Notes under the pieces: model-generated
What the model was told of the DNA's origin: nothing
Database searches by the model: none
Seen by the model: only the letters and a program-made list of their open reading frames with translations
Assembly (NCBI GenBank): GCA_041178325.1
Contig: JBEGVN010000014.1
Coordinates: 12,476 to 76,475, forward strand
Direction of reading: 5' to 3'
DNA: 64,000 nt
Source of the DNA: Pseudomonadota bacterium
Lineage (GTDB): Bacteria > Pseudomonadota > Gammaproteobacteria > Methylococcales > Methylococcaceae
Position numbers and translations under genes: made by a program
Shown here: piece by piece, positions 43,683 to 53,290 of the stretch
How the letters are laid out: each line of letters starts with the position of its first letter
How positions within the stretch are numbered: the first letter of the stretch is position 1

Positions 43683-46600
43683 CTAACGCGTGGCGACGGC
43701 CTCACGCCAGTGCGCTATTTTTAACCGGAATCGCTCCATGGCGAGATAGACCACCGGCGTACTGTACAGGGTAATGATCTGACTCAGAAGCAGGCCGCCG
43801 ATGATACTGATTCCAAGCGGTTGCCGAATCTCAAATCCGGGACCGCGACCGAATGCCAGCGGAATGGCACCGAAGATGGCTGCAAGCGTGGTCATCATGA
43901 TGGGTCGAAAGCGCAAAAGACACGCCTGGATGATCGCCTCCTTGGGGTCGAGTCCTTCATGCTGCTCAAGATGAAGTGCAAAATCGATCATCATGATCGC
44001 GTTTTTCTTGACGATCCCGATCAGCAGAATGATGCCAATGAGGCCGATGACGTTGAGTTCGATCTTGAACATCATCAATCCCAAAAGGGCGCCGACACCG
44101 GCAGAGGGGATCGTTGAGAGAATGGTGATGGGATGCAGGGTATTCTCGTACAGCATGCCGAGAACGATGTAGACGGAGATGAGCGCTGCCAGAACCAGAT
44201 AGGGCTGACTTTTGAGAGACGACTGAAATGCGAGTGCGGCGCCCTGGAACTTTCCCTTGATCCCGTCAGGGAGATCGATGCGGGCTTCGACAGCCTTGAT
44301 GTCCTTGATGGCGTCGCTCAACGAATACCCGGGTATCAGATTGAAGGAATAGGTGGTGGAGGGAAACTGCTCGCTGTGATTCACCTGAAGGGGAACGTTT
44401 TCCAATCGAAATTGCGCCAACTGACGTAATGGAATCTGCTTTCCAGTGCGATTGGCAACATAAAGGTTTTCAAGCGCACCGGCGTGTCTTGCGGCATCAA
44501 GCGGAACGCTCATGACCACATGGGATTGGTTCAGTGGACCGTAGAGGGTTGAGATCTGGCGTTGCCCGAAAGCGTCATAAAGGGTGTCGTCGATCGCCTG
44601 AATGGTTACCCCAAGTCGCATGGCGGTTTCCCGGTCGATTTCAACGATGGCGCTGATCCCTGCATTTTGGTGATCCATGCTGAGATCGGTGATGGCCGGA
44701 ATCGTCCGGAGTGCATCAAGAACGCGGGGAGACCAATCCCGAAGTTCATCGAGGGTGCCGGCTTTAAGGCTGTACTGCCACTGGGTTGCGCTGACTTTTC
44801 CTCCGATGCGAAGATCCTGAGGCGGCTGGAGAAAAAGCTGGCCGCCCGGCACCTTGAGCATTTTGCCTCGAAGTCGCGCGATGACGCCGTCTGCGGAGAT
44901 CTTTCGCTCTTCAAGCGGCTTTAAGGCCCCAAATACGCGTGCGGTATTGACAGCGCTGCCGCCGCCGGGGCCTGATCCACCCGCAAATCCCACAACGACT
45001 TGTATCGCAGGGTCGTCACCCATGATTCTGATGTACTGGTGAAGCCTCGCAACCATGGCTTGATAAGAGGTTTGTTGATCTGCGATCACCTGGCCCATCA
45101 GGCGGCCCGTATCCTGCTGCGGAAAAAAGCCCTTGGGTATGGTCTTGTAGAGATAGCCTGTTGCAAAGACAGTGAGCGAGGTGATCAGAAGCATCAGGAT
45201 TTGGTGGTCCACGACCCAGCGAATACCGCGGCCATAACCGGACTCGATTCGTTGTTGAAAGGCTTCTGTCAGACGTCTGAATCGACCCTTGTGGCGGACT
45301 TCCAGGGATTCAGGGCGCAGAAAGAGACTGCAGAGCATCGGTGTGGTGATCAGCGAGATCAGCATCGAGATGAGAACGGCAGCGGCCAACGTCACCGAGA
45401 ATTCTCGAAAGAGCCGGCCGATCATGCCTTCCATGAGGAGCAGGGGAAGAAAGACGGCAACCAGCGAAATGCTGATGGAAAGTACCGTGAACCCGATCTC
45501 CTGAGAGCCCTTGATTGCAGCAGCACGCGCAGACAAGCCGCGTTGAAGATGGCGCGTGATGTTTTCCGTCACCACGATGGCATCGTCCACCACAAATCCT
45601 GTCGCAATGGTCAATGCCATCAGGGTGAGGTTATTGAGGCTGTAGTGAAGGGCGTACATCACGCCATAGGTGCCAAGGATCGATACCGGAATGGCTATGA
45701 CCGGAATAAGTGTGGTCCTTAAGTTACCAAGGAAAAGATAGACCACAAAGACCACGAGCAGGATCGAGACGACGAGGCTGAGCTCGATGTCATGGACAGA
45801 TGCCCGTATGGTGAGTGTCCGGTCAATGACCTTGGTCAGCGACATTCCGGCAGGAATGGAGGCCTGAAGTTCGGGAAGCATCGCGATGACCCGATCTGCA
45901 GCTTCGATGATGTTGGCGCCGGGCTGGCGATTGACGAGAAGTATCACGCAGGGCTGATCACCATTGAACCCAATAGCGCGGGCATCCTCGGCAGCCTCGG
46001 TAATGGTTGCAAGATCCCCGAGGCGCACTGTCGTTCCGTTGGCATTAGCCACGATCAGGTTCTGATACTCCTCGACCTTCACCAGTTGATCGAAGGGGCG
46101 GAGGATCCAGGTCAGATCATGGTTTTCGATGATTCCGACAGGTCTTCGGACGTTCTGACCCTGTATGACTTTTCGAATGTCTTCAAGGCCAAGACCGTAG
46201 TTATTGAGATAGGCGGGATCCAGCTCGATCCTGATGCCAGGCAGCGAGCTCCCCCCGATGACCACCTGACCGACCCCAGGAGTTTGACTGAGTTTTTGTT
46301 GCAGGATTGATGAAGCAACGTTGTAGACCTCGGTCATTCGATAGAGATCGGATGACAGGGCGAGAATGATGACCGGGCTATCCGCCGGATTGACCTTGCG
46401 GTAATTGGGTAGCGTCGGAAGGTTCGGCGGAAGAAAACTGCGCGCGGCGTTGATTGCCGATTGCACATCCCTTGAGGCAGCATCGATATCGCGATCCAGA
46501 TCAAACTGGAGGACGATTGAGGTGCTGCCGAGGGTTGAGGTGGAACTCATCTCGGTGACACCGGCAATCCGTCCAAATTGCCGCTCTAGCGGTGTTGCTA

Positions 46601-46793
46601 CGGTGCTGGCAAGGGTTTCCGGACTACCTCCAGGGAGGACGGCATTGACCTGAATGGCGGGAAATTCGATCTGGGGCAGGGGAGCTACCGGCAATCGGGT
46701 CATGGCTAAAAGACCCACGAGACCGATGGCCAAGGTCAACAGCGTGGTCGCAACCGGACGACGGATGAAAAACGCAGAAGGGTTCAGAGCCAT
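43683..46793 (-). CDS. mdtC: RND multidrug efflux transporter, MdtC-like
   Basis: MALNPSAFFIRRPVATTLL N-terminus, 12-TM RND layout, second RND gene of an mdtABC-like operon. Confidence 0.8.
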   Translation of the reverse strand: MALNPSAFFIRRPVATTLLTLAIGLVGLLAMTRLPVAPLPQIEFPAIQVNAVLPGGSPETLASTVATPLERQFGRIAGVTEMSSTSTLGSTSIVLQFDLDRDIDAASRDVQSAINAARSFLPPNLPTLPNYRKVNPADSPVIILALSSDLYRMTEVYNVASSILQQKLSQTPGVGQVVIGGSSLPGIRIELDPAYLNNYGLGLEDIRKVIQGQNVRRPVGIIENHDLTWILRPFDQLVKVEEYQNLIVANANGTTVRLGDLATITEAAEDARAIGFNGDQPCVILLVNRQPGANIIEAADRVIAMLPELQASIPAGMSLTKVIDRTLTIRASVHDIELSLVVSILLVVFVVYLFLGNLRTTLIPVIAIPVSILGTYGVMYALHYSLNNLTLMALTIATGFVVDDAIVVTENITRHLQRGLSARAAAIKGSQEIGFTVLSISISLVAVFLPLLLMEGMIGRLFREFSVTLAAAVLISMLISLITTPMLCSLFLRPESLEVRHKGRFRRLTEAFQQRIESGYGRGIRWVVDHQILMLLITSLTVFATGYLYKTIPKGFFPQQDTGRLMGQVIADQQTSYQAMVARLHQYIRIMGDDPAIQVVVGFAGGSGPGGGSAVNTARVFGALKPLEERKISADGVIARLRGKMLKVPGGQLFLQPPQDLRIGGKVSATQWQYSLKAGTLDELRDWSPRVLDALRTIPAITDLSMDHQNAGISAIVEIDRETAMRLGVTIQAIDDTLYDAFGQRQISTLYGPLNQSHVVMSVPLDAARHAGALENLYVANRTGKQIPLRQLAQFRLENVPLQVNHSEQFPSTTYSFNLIPGYSLSDAIKDIKAVEARIDLPDGIKGKFQGAALAFQSSLKSQPYLVLAALISVYIVLGMLYENTLHPITILSTIPSAGVGALLGLMMFKIELNVIGLIGIILLIGIVKKNAIMMIDFALHLEQHEGLDPKEAIIQACLLRFRPIMMTTLAAIFGAIPLAFGRGPGFEIRQPLGISIIGGLLLSQIITLYSTPVVYLAMERFRLKIAHWREAVATR

Positions 46794-46818
46794 GGCCAAA
46801 ACACAAGGCAAGAACGTT

Positions 46819-49800
46819 TCACGGGTCTTTGGCCATCATGGTGTCGTCTGACGGTGAGCTGAAGTGTCGCCGCAGTCGTTTGGCCAGGGCATCAAATCCA
46901 AGATAGATGCAGGGGGTGGTATAGAGGGTCATGATCTGGCTGAAGATCAGCCCACCCATAATCACGACCCCGAGGGGACGACGCATTTCCTCGCCCATTC
47001 CGCTTCCAAGGGCCAGAGGAACTCCGGCCAGAAGTGCGGCCATGGTGGTCATCAAAATAGGGCGAAGCCGTAACAGGGAAGCCTTCTGAATTGCTTCTCG
47101 AGCCGTCAGACCTTCCTCTCGTTGGGCGCTGATGGCGAAATCGATCATCATGATGGCGTTTTTGGCGACTATCCCGATCAGAAGAACGATGCCGATCAAT
47201 GACACGATATCGAGATCAATCCCGAGCAGGACCAACATCAGCAGAGCGCCGACGGCAGCCGAGGGGAGGGTTGAGAGAATGGTGATGGGATGAATGTAGC
47301 TTTCGTAGAGCATCCCAAGAAGGATATAGACCGAGATCACTGCGGCGAGCAGCAGGGGCAACTGATTTTCAAGTGCACCTTGGAACGCCTGAGCGGTACC
47401 CTGAAAATCAATGCGCAGGCTTTTAGGCAGATTGAGTGCTAGAAGAGCCTGATTGACTGCGCTGACCGCATCGCCGAGTGACGCATGGGGCCCTAAGTTG
47501 AAGGAATAGGTGGCCGCAGGAAATTGTCCCTGCCGATGAATGACGGATCGACCGAACGTTTCCTCTTCATGCAACAGCCCAGCAAGGGGGATGGTACGTC
47601 CCCCTGCACCCGGTATATATAGGTTACGGATGCTTTCGGGGTCCGACTGGAATCGCCCATCCACTTCGAGAATAACCCGATACTGATTGATCTGGCTGTA
47701 GCGAGTAATGATCTGCCGTTGTCCAAAGGCATCGTAGAGTGTTTGGGAGATGGCTTCTGTCGAGACCCCGAGCCGTGATGCCGTGTCGCGATCAATCTTG
47801 AGTTCAAGGGTACGGGAAGTCGCGGCAAAATTACTGTGGACGTCCTTGATTTCTGGATGCGATGACAGTTGGTCAAGGATTCTAGAATTCCAGCTTTCGA
47901 GAAGCCCTGATTCCGGCGCCTCAATAGTGAACTGATATTGAGCCTGGCTGATCCGGTCCTCGATGGTCAGATCCTGTACGGGCTGGAGGTGCACGCGGAT
48001 CCCTTCCATGGGGGCCAAGGCCGCATTTAGTCGAGCAATGACTTTTGTGGCAACATCACGCGACTCATAAGGTTTAAGCGTGATCAACAGCCGTCCTTCG
48101 TTCAAGGTCGTATTCGTGCCATCAATACCGACATGGGACGTCAAAGATTCCACGGCAGGGTCATCTAGAACACGGGCAGCCAGTGCTTGTTGGCGTTCCT
48201 GCATTGACTCAAACCCAATCGATGGATCCGCCTCGGTGATCCCTACCAAGAGGCCCACGTCCTGAACCGGGAAGAACCCCTTCGGCACAATCAACATCAG
48301 GGCAAAGGTCAGGACCAAAAGACCAACAGCCATCAAAATTACAGAGCGACTCTGGTCAAGGGCGTAGCCCAGCGTTTTCTCGTAAAACACATGGATCTTT
48401 CGCATCAAGAGCCAGGGCTCCTCTTGCTGGCCCACCAGACGGGCCTTTGGCAGAAAGGCTGCGAGCATCGGAGTCAGCGTCAGGGAAACCAGCGCGGAAA
48501 CCAAGATGGCCAGCGTCAGGGTCATGGCGAATTCGCGGAATAACCGCCCCAGCACATCACCCATAAACAAAAGAGGAATCAGGACGGCGATCAGGGATGC
48601 GGTTAAGGAAAGAATGGTAAACCCGATCTCACCCGAACCGAGGATGGCGGCTCTTCGGGGGGACTCCCCCTTTTCGATGTATCGCATGATGTTTTCCAGC
48701 ATCACGATTGCATCGTCCACCACAAATCCGGTAGCGATGGTCAACGCCATCAGCGTCAGATTATTGAGGCTGTAACCCAGGCCATACATCGCGGCAAAGG
48801 TTCCGGCCAGAGACAGAGGAACCGATAGGCTCGGGATCAGGGTTGCAGGAATATTGCGGAGGAAAAGGTAGATCACCATGACCACAAGGGCAATCGTGGT
48901 CAAAAGCTCGTGTTCGACCTTGCCTATGGAGGCGCGCGTGGTCATCGTGCGGTCGGTCACCTCCTGAATGTCGATATCTCCTGGGAGACCGGCTTCAAGT
49001 TCTGGAAGGATCGCCTTGATGCTGTCGACCACCTGGATGGTATTGGCGCCGGGTTGACGATGAATGGCAAGGATCACCGCCGGCTGATCATTGAACATGC
49101 TGGCCTGCCTGCGATTTTCCGGTGCTTCAGTGACCTCGGCAATATCGCTCACCCTGACGGGACCCTGATTGCGATAGACCACAATCTGATTCTTGAAATC
49201 TTCAAGGGTCATGATCTGATCGTTAGCCAGAATCGTCATGGCGATTGCGGGCCCGTCAAAGCTCCCTTTGGCCTGGTTGACTGTCGAGAGGGTCAGACTG
49301 TTTCTGAGATCTTCAAGGCTGATGCCATAGGCGGCAAGGCTGGTGGGATTGGCCTTGATATGAATTGCAGGCTTGAGGCCGCCATTGAGATTGACGAGAC
49401 CAACGCCAGCAAGTTGTGAGATTTTCTGTGCGAGGCGGGTATCGGCAAGGTCATGAACGGCGATCAGGGGCAGACTGTCAGAGGTCAGTGCGAGTGTCAT
49501 GACCGGTGCGTCAGCCGGGTTGCTCTTACTGTAGACCGGAGGGGTGGGAAGGTCCTTCGGGAGGTAGCTATAGGCGGTATTAATGGCGGCCTGAACCTGT
49601 TGTTCGGCGACATCGATATCCAGATCCAGATTGAATTGGAGTGTAATGGTCGAGACCCCATAGGCACTGGATGAGGACATCTGGGTGAGACCTGAGATCT
49701 GCCCCAACTGTTTCTCCAAAGGGGCCGTGATCGTTGATTCAATGACTTCAGGTCCCCCCCCGGGATAAAAGGTACGGATCTGTATGGTGGGGTATTCCAC

Positions 49801-49917
49801 TTCTGGAAGAGCAGAGACTGGCAGTCTCATGAAGCCGACGATGCCTATCAGGAGCAGGGCAAGCATCAACAGGGATGTTGCCACGGGTCTCTGGATAAAG
49901 GGCGACGAAACCTTCAT
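46819..49917 (-). CDS. mdtB: RND multidrug efflux transporter, MdtB-like
   Basis: MKVSSPFIQRPVATSLLML N-terminus. 1032 aa. Follows the MFP gene. Confidence 0.8.
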   Translation of the reverse strand: MKVSSPFIQRPVATSLLMLALLLIGIVGFMRLPVSALPEVEYPTIQIRTFYPGGGPEVIESTITAPLEKQLGQISGLTQMSSSSAYGVSTITLQFNLDLDIDVAEQQVQAAINTAYSYLPKDLPTPPVYSKSNPADAPVMTLALTSDSLPLIAVHDLADTRLAQKISQLAGVGLVNLNGGLKPAIHIKANPTSLAAYGISLEDLRNSLTLSTVNQAKGSFDGPAIAMTILANDQIMTLEDFKNQIVVYRNQGPVRVSDIAEVTEAPENRRQASMFNDQPAVILAIHRQPGANTIQVVDSIKAILPELEAGLPGDIDIQEVTDRTMTTRASIGKVEHELLTTIALVVMVIYLFLRNIPATLIPSLSVPLSLAGTFAAMYGLGYSLNNLTLMALTIATGFVVDDAIVMLENIMRYIEKGESPRRAAILGSGEIGFTILSLTASLIAVLIPLLFMGDVLGRLFREFAMTLTLAILVSALVSLTLTPMLAAFLPKARLVGQQEEPWLLMRKIHVFYEKTLGYALDQSRSVILMAVGLLVLTFALMLIVPKGFFPVQDVGLLVGITEADPSIGFESMQERQQALAARVLDDPAVESLTSHVGIDGTNTTLNEGRLLITLKPYESRDVATKVIARLNAALAPMEGIRVHLQPVQDLTIEDRISQAQYQFTIEAPESGLLESWNSRILDQLSSHPEIKDVHSNFAATSRTLELKIDRDTASRLGVSTEAISQTLYDAFGQRQIITRYSQINQYRVILEVDGRFQSDPESIRNLYIPGAGGRTIPLAGLLHEEETFGRSVIHRQGQFPAATYSFNLGPHASLGDAVSAVNQALLALNLPKSLRIDFQGTAQAFQGALENQLPLLLAAVISVYILLGMLYESYIHPITILSTLPSAAVGALLMLVLLGIDLDIVSLIGIVLLIGIVAKNAIMMIDFAISAQREEGLTAREAIQKASLLRLRPILMTTMAALLAGVPLALGSGMGEEMRRPLGVVIMGGLIFSQIMTLYTTPCIYLGFDALAKRLRRHFSSPSDDTMMAKDP

Positions 49918-49922
49918 TCGCC

Positions 49923-51095
49923 TCAGGGCGATGGCGGAGTTGGGCGGGATACTTCAGCAGGACCGGTATCGCCAGGGGCGACCTTGATGCCGTCCCGAAG
50001 CTTGTCGAGGCCTTCTGTGACCACGGCTTGTCCTGCCTCCAGGCCTGATTCGATGATGACGGCTTCATCTTCCGAGGCCCCAAGGGTCACAGGAATCGTC
50101 CGAATGGTGTTATCAGGATTGATACCAAAAACATGGTAACCCTTGGGGCCCTGCTGCACCGCGCGTCGCGGCGCAATGACCTGGTCAGGGAGTACATCCA
50201 GCAATAACCGCACATTCACAAACTGGTTGGGGTAAAGCGCCAGATCCTGATTTTCAAATCGCGCCTTGATCTTAAGGGTACCGGTACTCAAGTCGATCAG
50301 ATTATCCGCGCTGGCAACGCGGCCGACGGCCAGGAGGTGACGGCCATCCCGGTCGTAGGCTTCGATCGGAAGATCAGGAACCTGGGCCATGCGTTCCTGT
50401 AGGCGTTTGTTGTAATCCTGCGGAATGCTGAAGATCACCGAGAGGGGTTGCATCTGTGTGATGACAACCACCGGATCCATGACATTTAGAATATTCCCAA
50501 GGTCCACCATTTTTAGGCCGACGCGTCCAGAAAGGGGGGCCGTGATCTTGCAGAAAGAGAGTTGTACCCTCGCAGCGTCGATCTGACCCTGGTCGGTCGC
50601 GATGATGCCTTTGAGCTGGTTGACCGTAGCGCTTTGGGTTTGCAATTGTGAAAGCGCGATATAGCCTTCCTTGATCAAATGCTCGTCTCGGGCAAGCTCC
50701 GCCTCGGCGAACTGGAGCTGCGCACGATCACCAGTGATCTTTCCGACCGCCTGATCGAGCTGACTTTGGTAAATCCTGGGGTCCACCTCGGCAAGAAGAT
50801 CCCCGGCCTTGACATATTGACCCTCGGTGAAATGGATGCGGAGGAGTTCGCCGGTGACCCGCGCCTTCACAAGTGTCGTGTTGAAGGCGGTTACCGTTCC
50901 GAGTGCATTGAGATGAATCTCGAAATCACCCGTGCGAACCTTTTCGGTCCTGACGCTGATGGGAACTGATTTTCCGGCTGCACCCTTGTCGCTGTCGTTC
51001 GGCGCTGGGGTTCGGTTCAAAACAACAACCGCGATGAGCGTCGCCAAAGAGACACCGATAAGCCAGGGTCGAGAAATACCTTCAATCCATTTCAT
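49923..51095 (-). CDS. mdtA: RND membrane fusion protein, MdtA-like
   Basis: TM anchor, then lipoyl/coiled-coil/beta-barrel pattern (GQYVKAGDLLAEVDPRIYQ). The start is ambiguous (ATG 51095 or 51197, TTG 51227). Confidence 0.8.
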   Translation of the reverse strand: MKWIEGISRPWLIGVSLATLIAVVVLNRTPAPNDSDKGAAGKSVPISVRTEKVRTGDFEIHLNALGTVTAFNTTLVKARVTGELLRIHFTEGQYVKAGDLLAEVDPRIYQSQLDQAVGKITGDRAQLQFAEAELARDEHLIKEGYIALSQLQTQSATVNQLKGIIATDQGQIDAARVQLSFCKITAPLSGRVGLKMVDLGNILNVMDPVVVITQMQPLSVIFSIPQDYNKRLQERMAQVPDLPIEAYDRDGRHLLAVGRVASADNLIDLSTGTLKIKARFENQDLALYPNQFVNVRLLLDVLPDQVIAPRRAVQQGPKGYHVFGINPDNTIRTIPVTLGASEDEAVIIESGLEAGQAVVTEGLDKLRDGIKVAPGDTGPAEVSRPTPPSP

Positions 51096-51363
51096 GGAAC
51101 TAACTGTGCCCCGAGCGAAATACCCGGAGTGAAATAGGGTCTTGCGCTTTCTCGAATTATCCAGAAAGGGCAGAGACGGTTGGAATTCTGTCTCCATTGT
51201 AGACGGAATAAGCGGGTACTGGTTCAAAGTTCTAGCCGGGCCATTGCCTAGTTTCGCCCCACTTTGGAACTGCTAGTATCGGTCTGAATCAAACGAACGA
51301 GCCTTAGAACTGCTCAACGTTCCCCAATAATGCATTCTTACGCATTCCCAATGGAGCTATGCC

Positions 51364-51858
51364 ATGAGTGAACTCATCGTGATCGGTTACGACGACCCTT
51401 TCAAGGCGGAGGAAATTCGCCTCCAACTTCTGAAGATGCAGCGCGATTATCTGGTTGATCTTGAGGATGCCGTCGTGGCGATCAAGAACAAGGACGGTAA
51501 AGTCAGGCTCAATCAAGCCTTTCCTTTGACTGCGATGGGTGCAACCGGAGGAGGATTCTGGGGTGCGTTGATTGGGTTACTGTTCATGAACCCTCTTTTG
51601 GGCGTGGTCGTTGGGGCCAGTGCGGGGGCAGTTTCTGGTGCTTTGAGTGATATCGGAATCAATGATCGGTTCATGAAGGACTTGGCTTCGGAATTTAAAC
51701 CGAATACATCGGCCCTTTTTGTCCTGGTCAGGAAGGTGACTGCGGATAAGGTACTTGAGGAGTTTCGTGGCACCGGCGGAAAAATTCTTCAGTCATCTCT
51801 CTCTCATGACGATGAAGCCAAGCTTCAGGCGGCCCTTGATGCAGGGCGTCAGTTCTGA
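51364..51858 (+). CDS. DUF1269-family membrane protein
   Basis: MSELIVIGYDDPFKAEE.., a central Gly-rich TM region, and a C-terminal ..ALFVLV...HDDEAKLQAAL. Confidence 0.7.
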   Translation: MSELIVIGYDDPFKAEEIRLQLLKMQRDYLVDLEDAVVAIKNKDGKVRLNQAFPLTAMGATGGGFWGALIGLLFMNPLLGVVVGASAGAVSGALSDIGINDRFMKDLASEFKPNTSALFVLVRKVTADKVLEEFRGTGGKILQSSLSHDDEAKLQAALDAGRQF

Positions 51859-51870
51859 AGTCATCGGCAA

Positions 51871-52653
51871 CTAGCCGTGCTCTTGGCCCAAGAGCAAGAA
51901 GACCAGAAAGCCTGCAAAAAAGAGCACTGTGGAGATGTGAGTGTCGACTTCCCGGTGGGATTCGACCAATAGTTCCTCGGTAACGAGAAAAAGGAGGGCG
52001 GCTAGTCCAAAGGACAGCACAAGATCAAGAGCGCTGTCTGGTAAATAAGGCAGTCCGATCATGCCAACCAAAGTGCCAATCGCCAGCATCGAAAAAACGC
52101 TCAGGTTCAGCAAAAAGATGAACAACCTTGAGCGCTTCATCTTGCGGAGGCTCCCCGTCATGGTCAAGCCGACAGACAGCAGTTCCACGGCAAGTGCCAT
52201 TGAGAGCAAGCGTCCTGCACTGCTCAAGGTGTGAATGGTGAGCGCCAGAATCAAGCCATCCAGAAAGACATCCACGGCTATGCCTGCAATGAGTGCCATG
52301 GGCAGGGGGCGGTTCATCCCGACGTTTGCGTCTTCCTCCCCATGGGATGACAGGTGCGCCAAAACCAGCATGAAGGCGACACCGGTACTGAATCCCACGG
52401 TCAGAAGGGTCGGGTTTTGTCGATGAATGACGTCCGGGAGAATTTCAACGGAAACCACCGAAAAGATGATCCCTGCAGCCAGATGCTGAAGGTGACTCAG
52501 TCCCTTGGGTCCGATCCGATAAAAGGATCCAATCAGGGTTCCCACCATCGCCGCGATAACCGGAAGTCCGGCATAACGGCCCAGAGCATCCAGCGCGCTG
52601 GGACCTGTTTCGGTCAGTGCTCTCATGACGTTCGATGTGCTTTCAATGGGCAT
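51871..52653 (-). CDS. ZIP-family divalent metal transporter
   Basis: Multi-TM with HLAAGIIFSVVSVEILPD and a His/Glu-rich loop HLSSHGEED. Confidence 0.7.
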   Translation of the reverse strand: MPIESTSNVMRALTETGPSALDALGRYAGLPVIAAMVGTLIGSFYRIGPKGLSHLQHLAAGIIFSVVSVEILPDVIHRQNPTLLTVGFSTGVAFMLVLAHLSSHGEEDANVGMNRPLPMALIAGIAVDVFLDGLILALTIHTLSSAGRLLSMALAVELLSVGLTMTGSLRKMKRSRLFIFLLNLSVFSMLAIGTLVGMIGLPYLPDSALDLVLSFGLAALLFLVTEELLVESHREVDTHISTVLFFAGFLVFLLLGQEHG

Positions 52654-52774
52654 GGTGCGGGGGTTTTAATGTGAACCGTGTCGGGTCTTGGGAAAGATTT
52701 AGTTTTTCGGGTTTAAAGGGCAAAATAACACACGAATACACCATCGTTTTTTATCCTCTCACCCGGATCCTCTT

Positions 52775-53290
52775 GTGTCTTCTCTCGAGCAGATCGAAAA
52801 CCGGATTGATGCACTGATTCAAAATATTCGCACGTCCTATCCTGATTGGCTCTGCCGTCGGGGTTGCGATGAGTGTTGCCGCCGTCTCGCGTCTCTACCG
52901 TTGATGACACGGGCTGAATGGATCCGCCTCAAGGAAGGCCTGCTTCTTATCCCCTCATCCGATCGTGAAGACCTGATTTCTCACATTCATGCACTTTCTG
53001 GTGTGACAGGGTTTGTGGTTTGCCCAATGCTGGACCCTTCTGACGGTGCTTGCCGGGTCTACGCTCACCGACCGCTGGCCTGCAGAACCTATGGGTATTA
53101 CACGCAAAAGGGGGTGGGACTTCACTGCAAGCAAATCGAACATCAGATCGATCAGGGGTTACTCGGCCAGGTGGTCTGGGGTAACCAGGATGCCTTGGAA
53201 AAGGATCTTCGGGCCGAGGGATCGCAAAGATCACTCGCGGAATGGATAGCCTGCCCAAGGGATGGAATGGATCCACGTGCGACGTCTTAA
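52775..53290 (+). CDS. YkgJ-family Cys-cluster (zinc/iron-chelating) protein
   Basis: CRRGCDECCRRL motif plus downstream Cys residues. GTG start. Confidence 0.7.
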   Translation: MSSLEQIENRIDALIQNIRTSYPDWLCRRGCDECCRRLASLPLMTRAEWIRLKEGLLLIPSSDREDLISHIHALSGVTGFVVCPMLDPSDGACRVYAHRPLACRTYGYYTQKGVGLHCKQIEHQIDQGLLGQVVWGNQDALEKDLRAEGSQRSLAEWIACPRDGMDPRATS

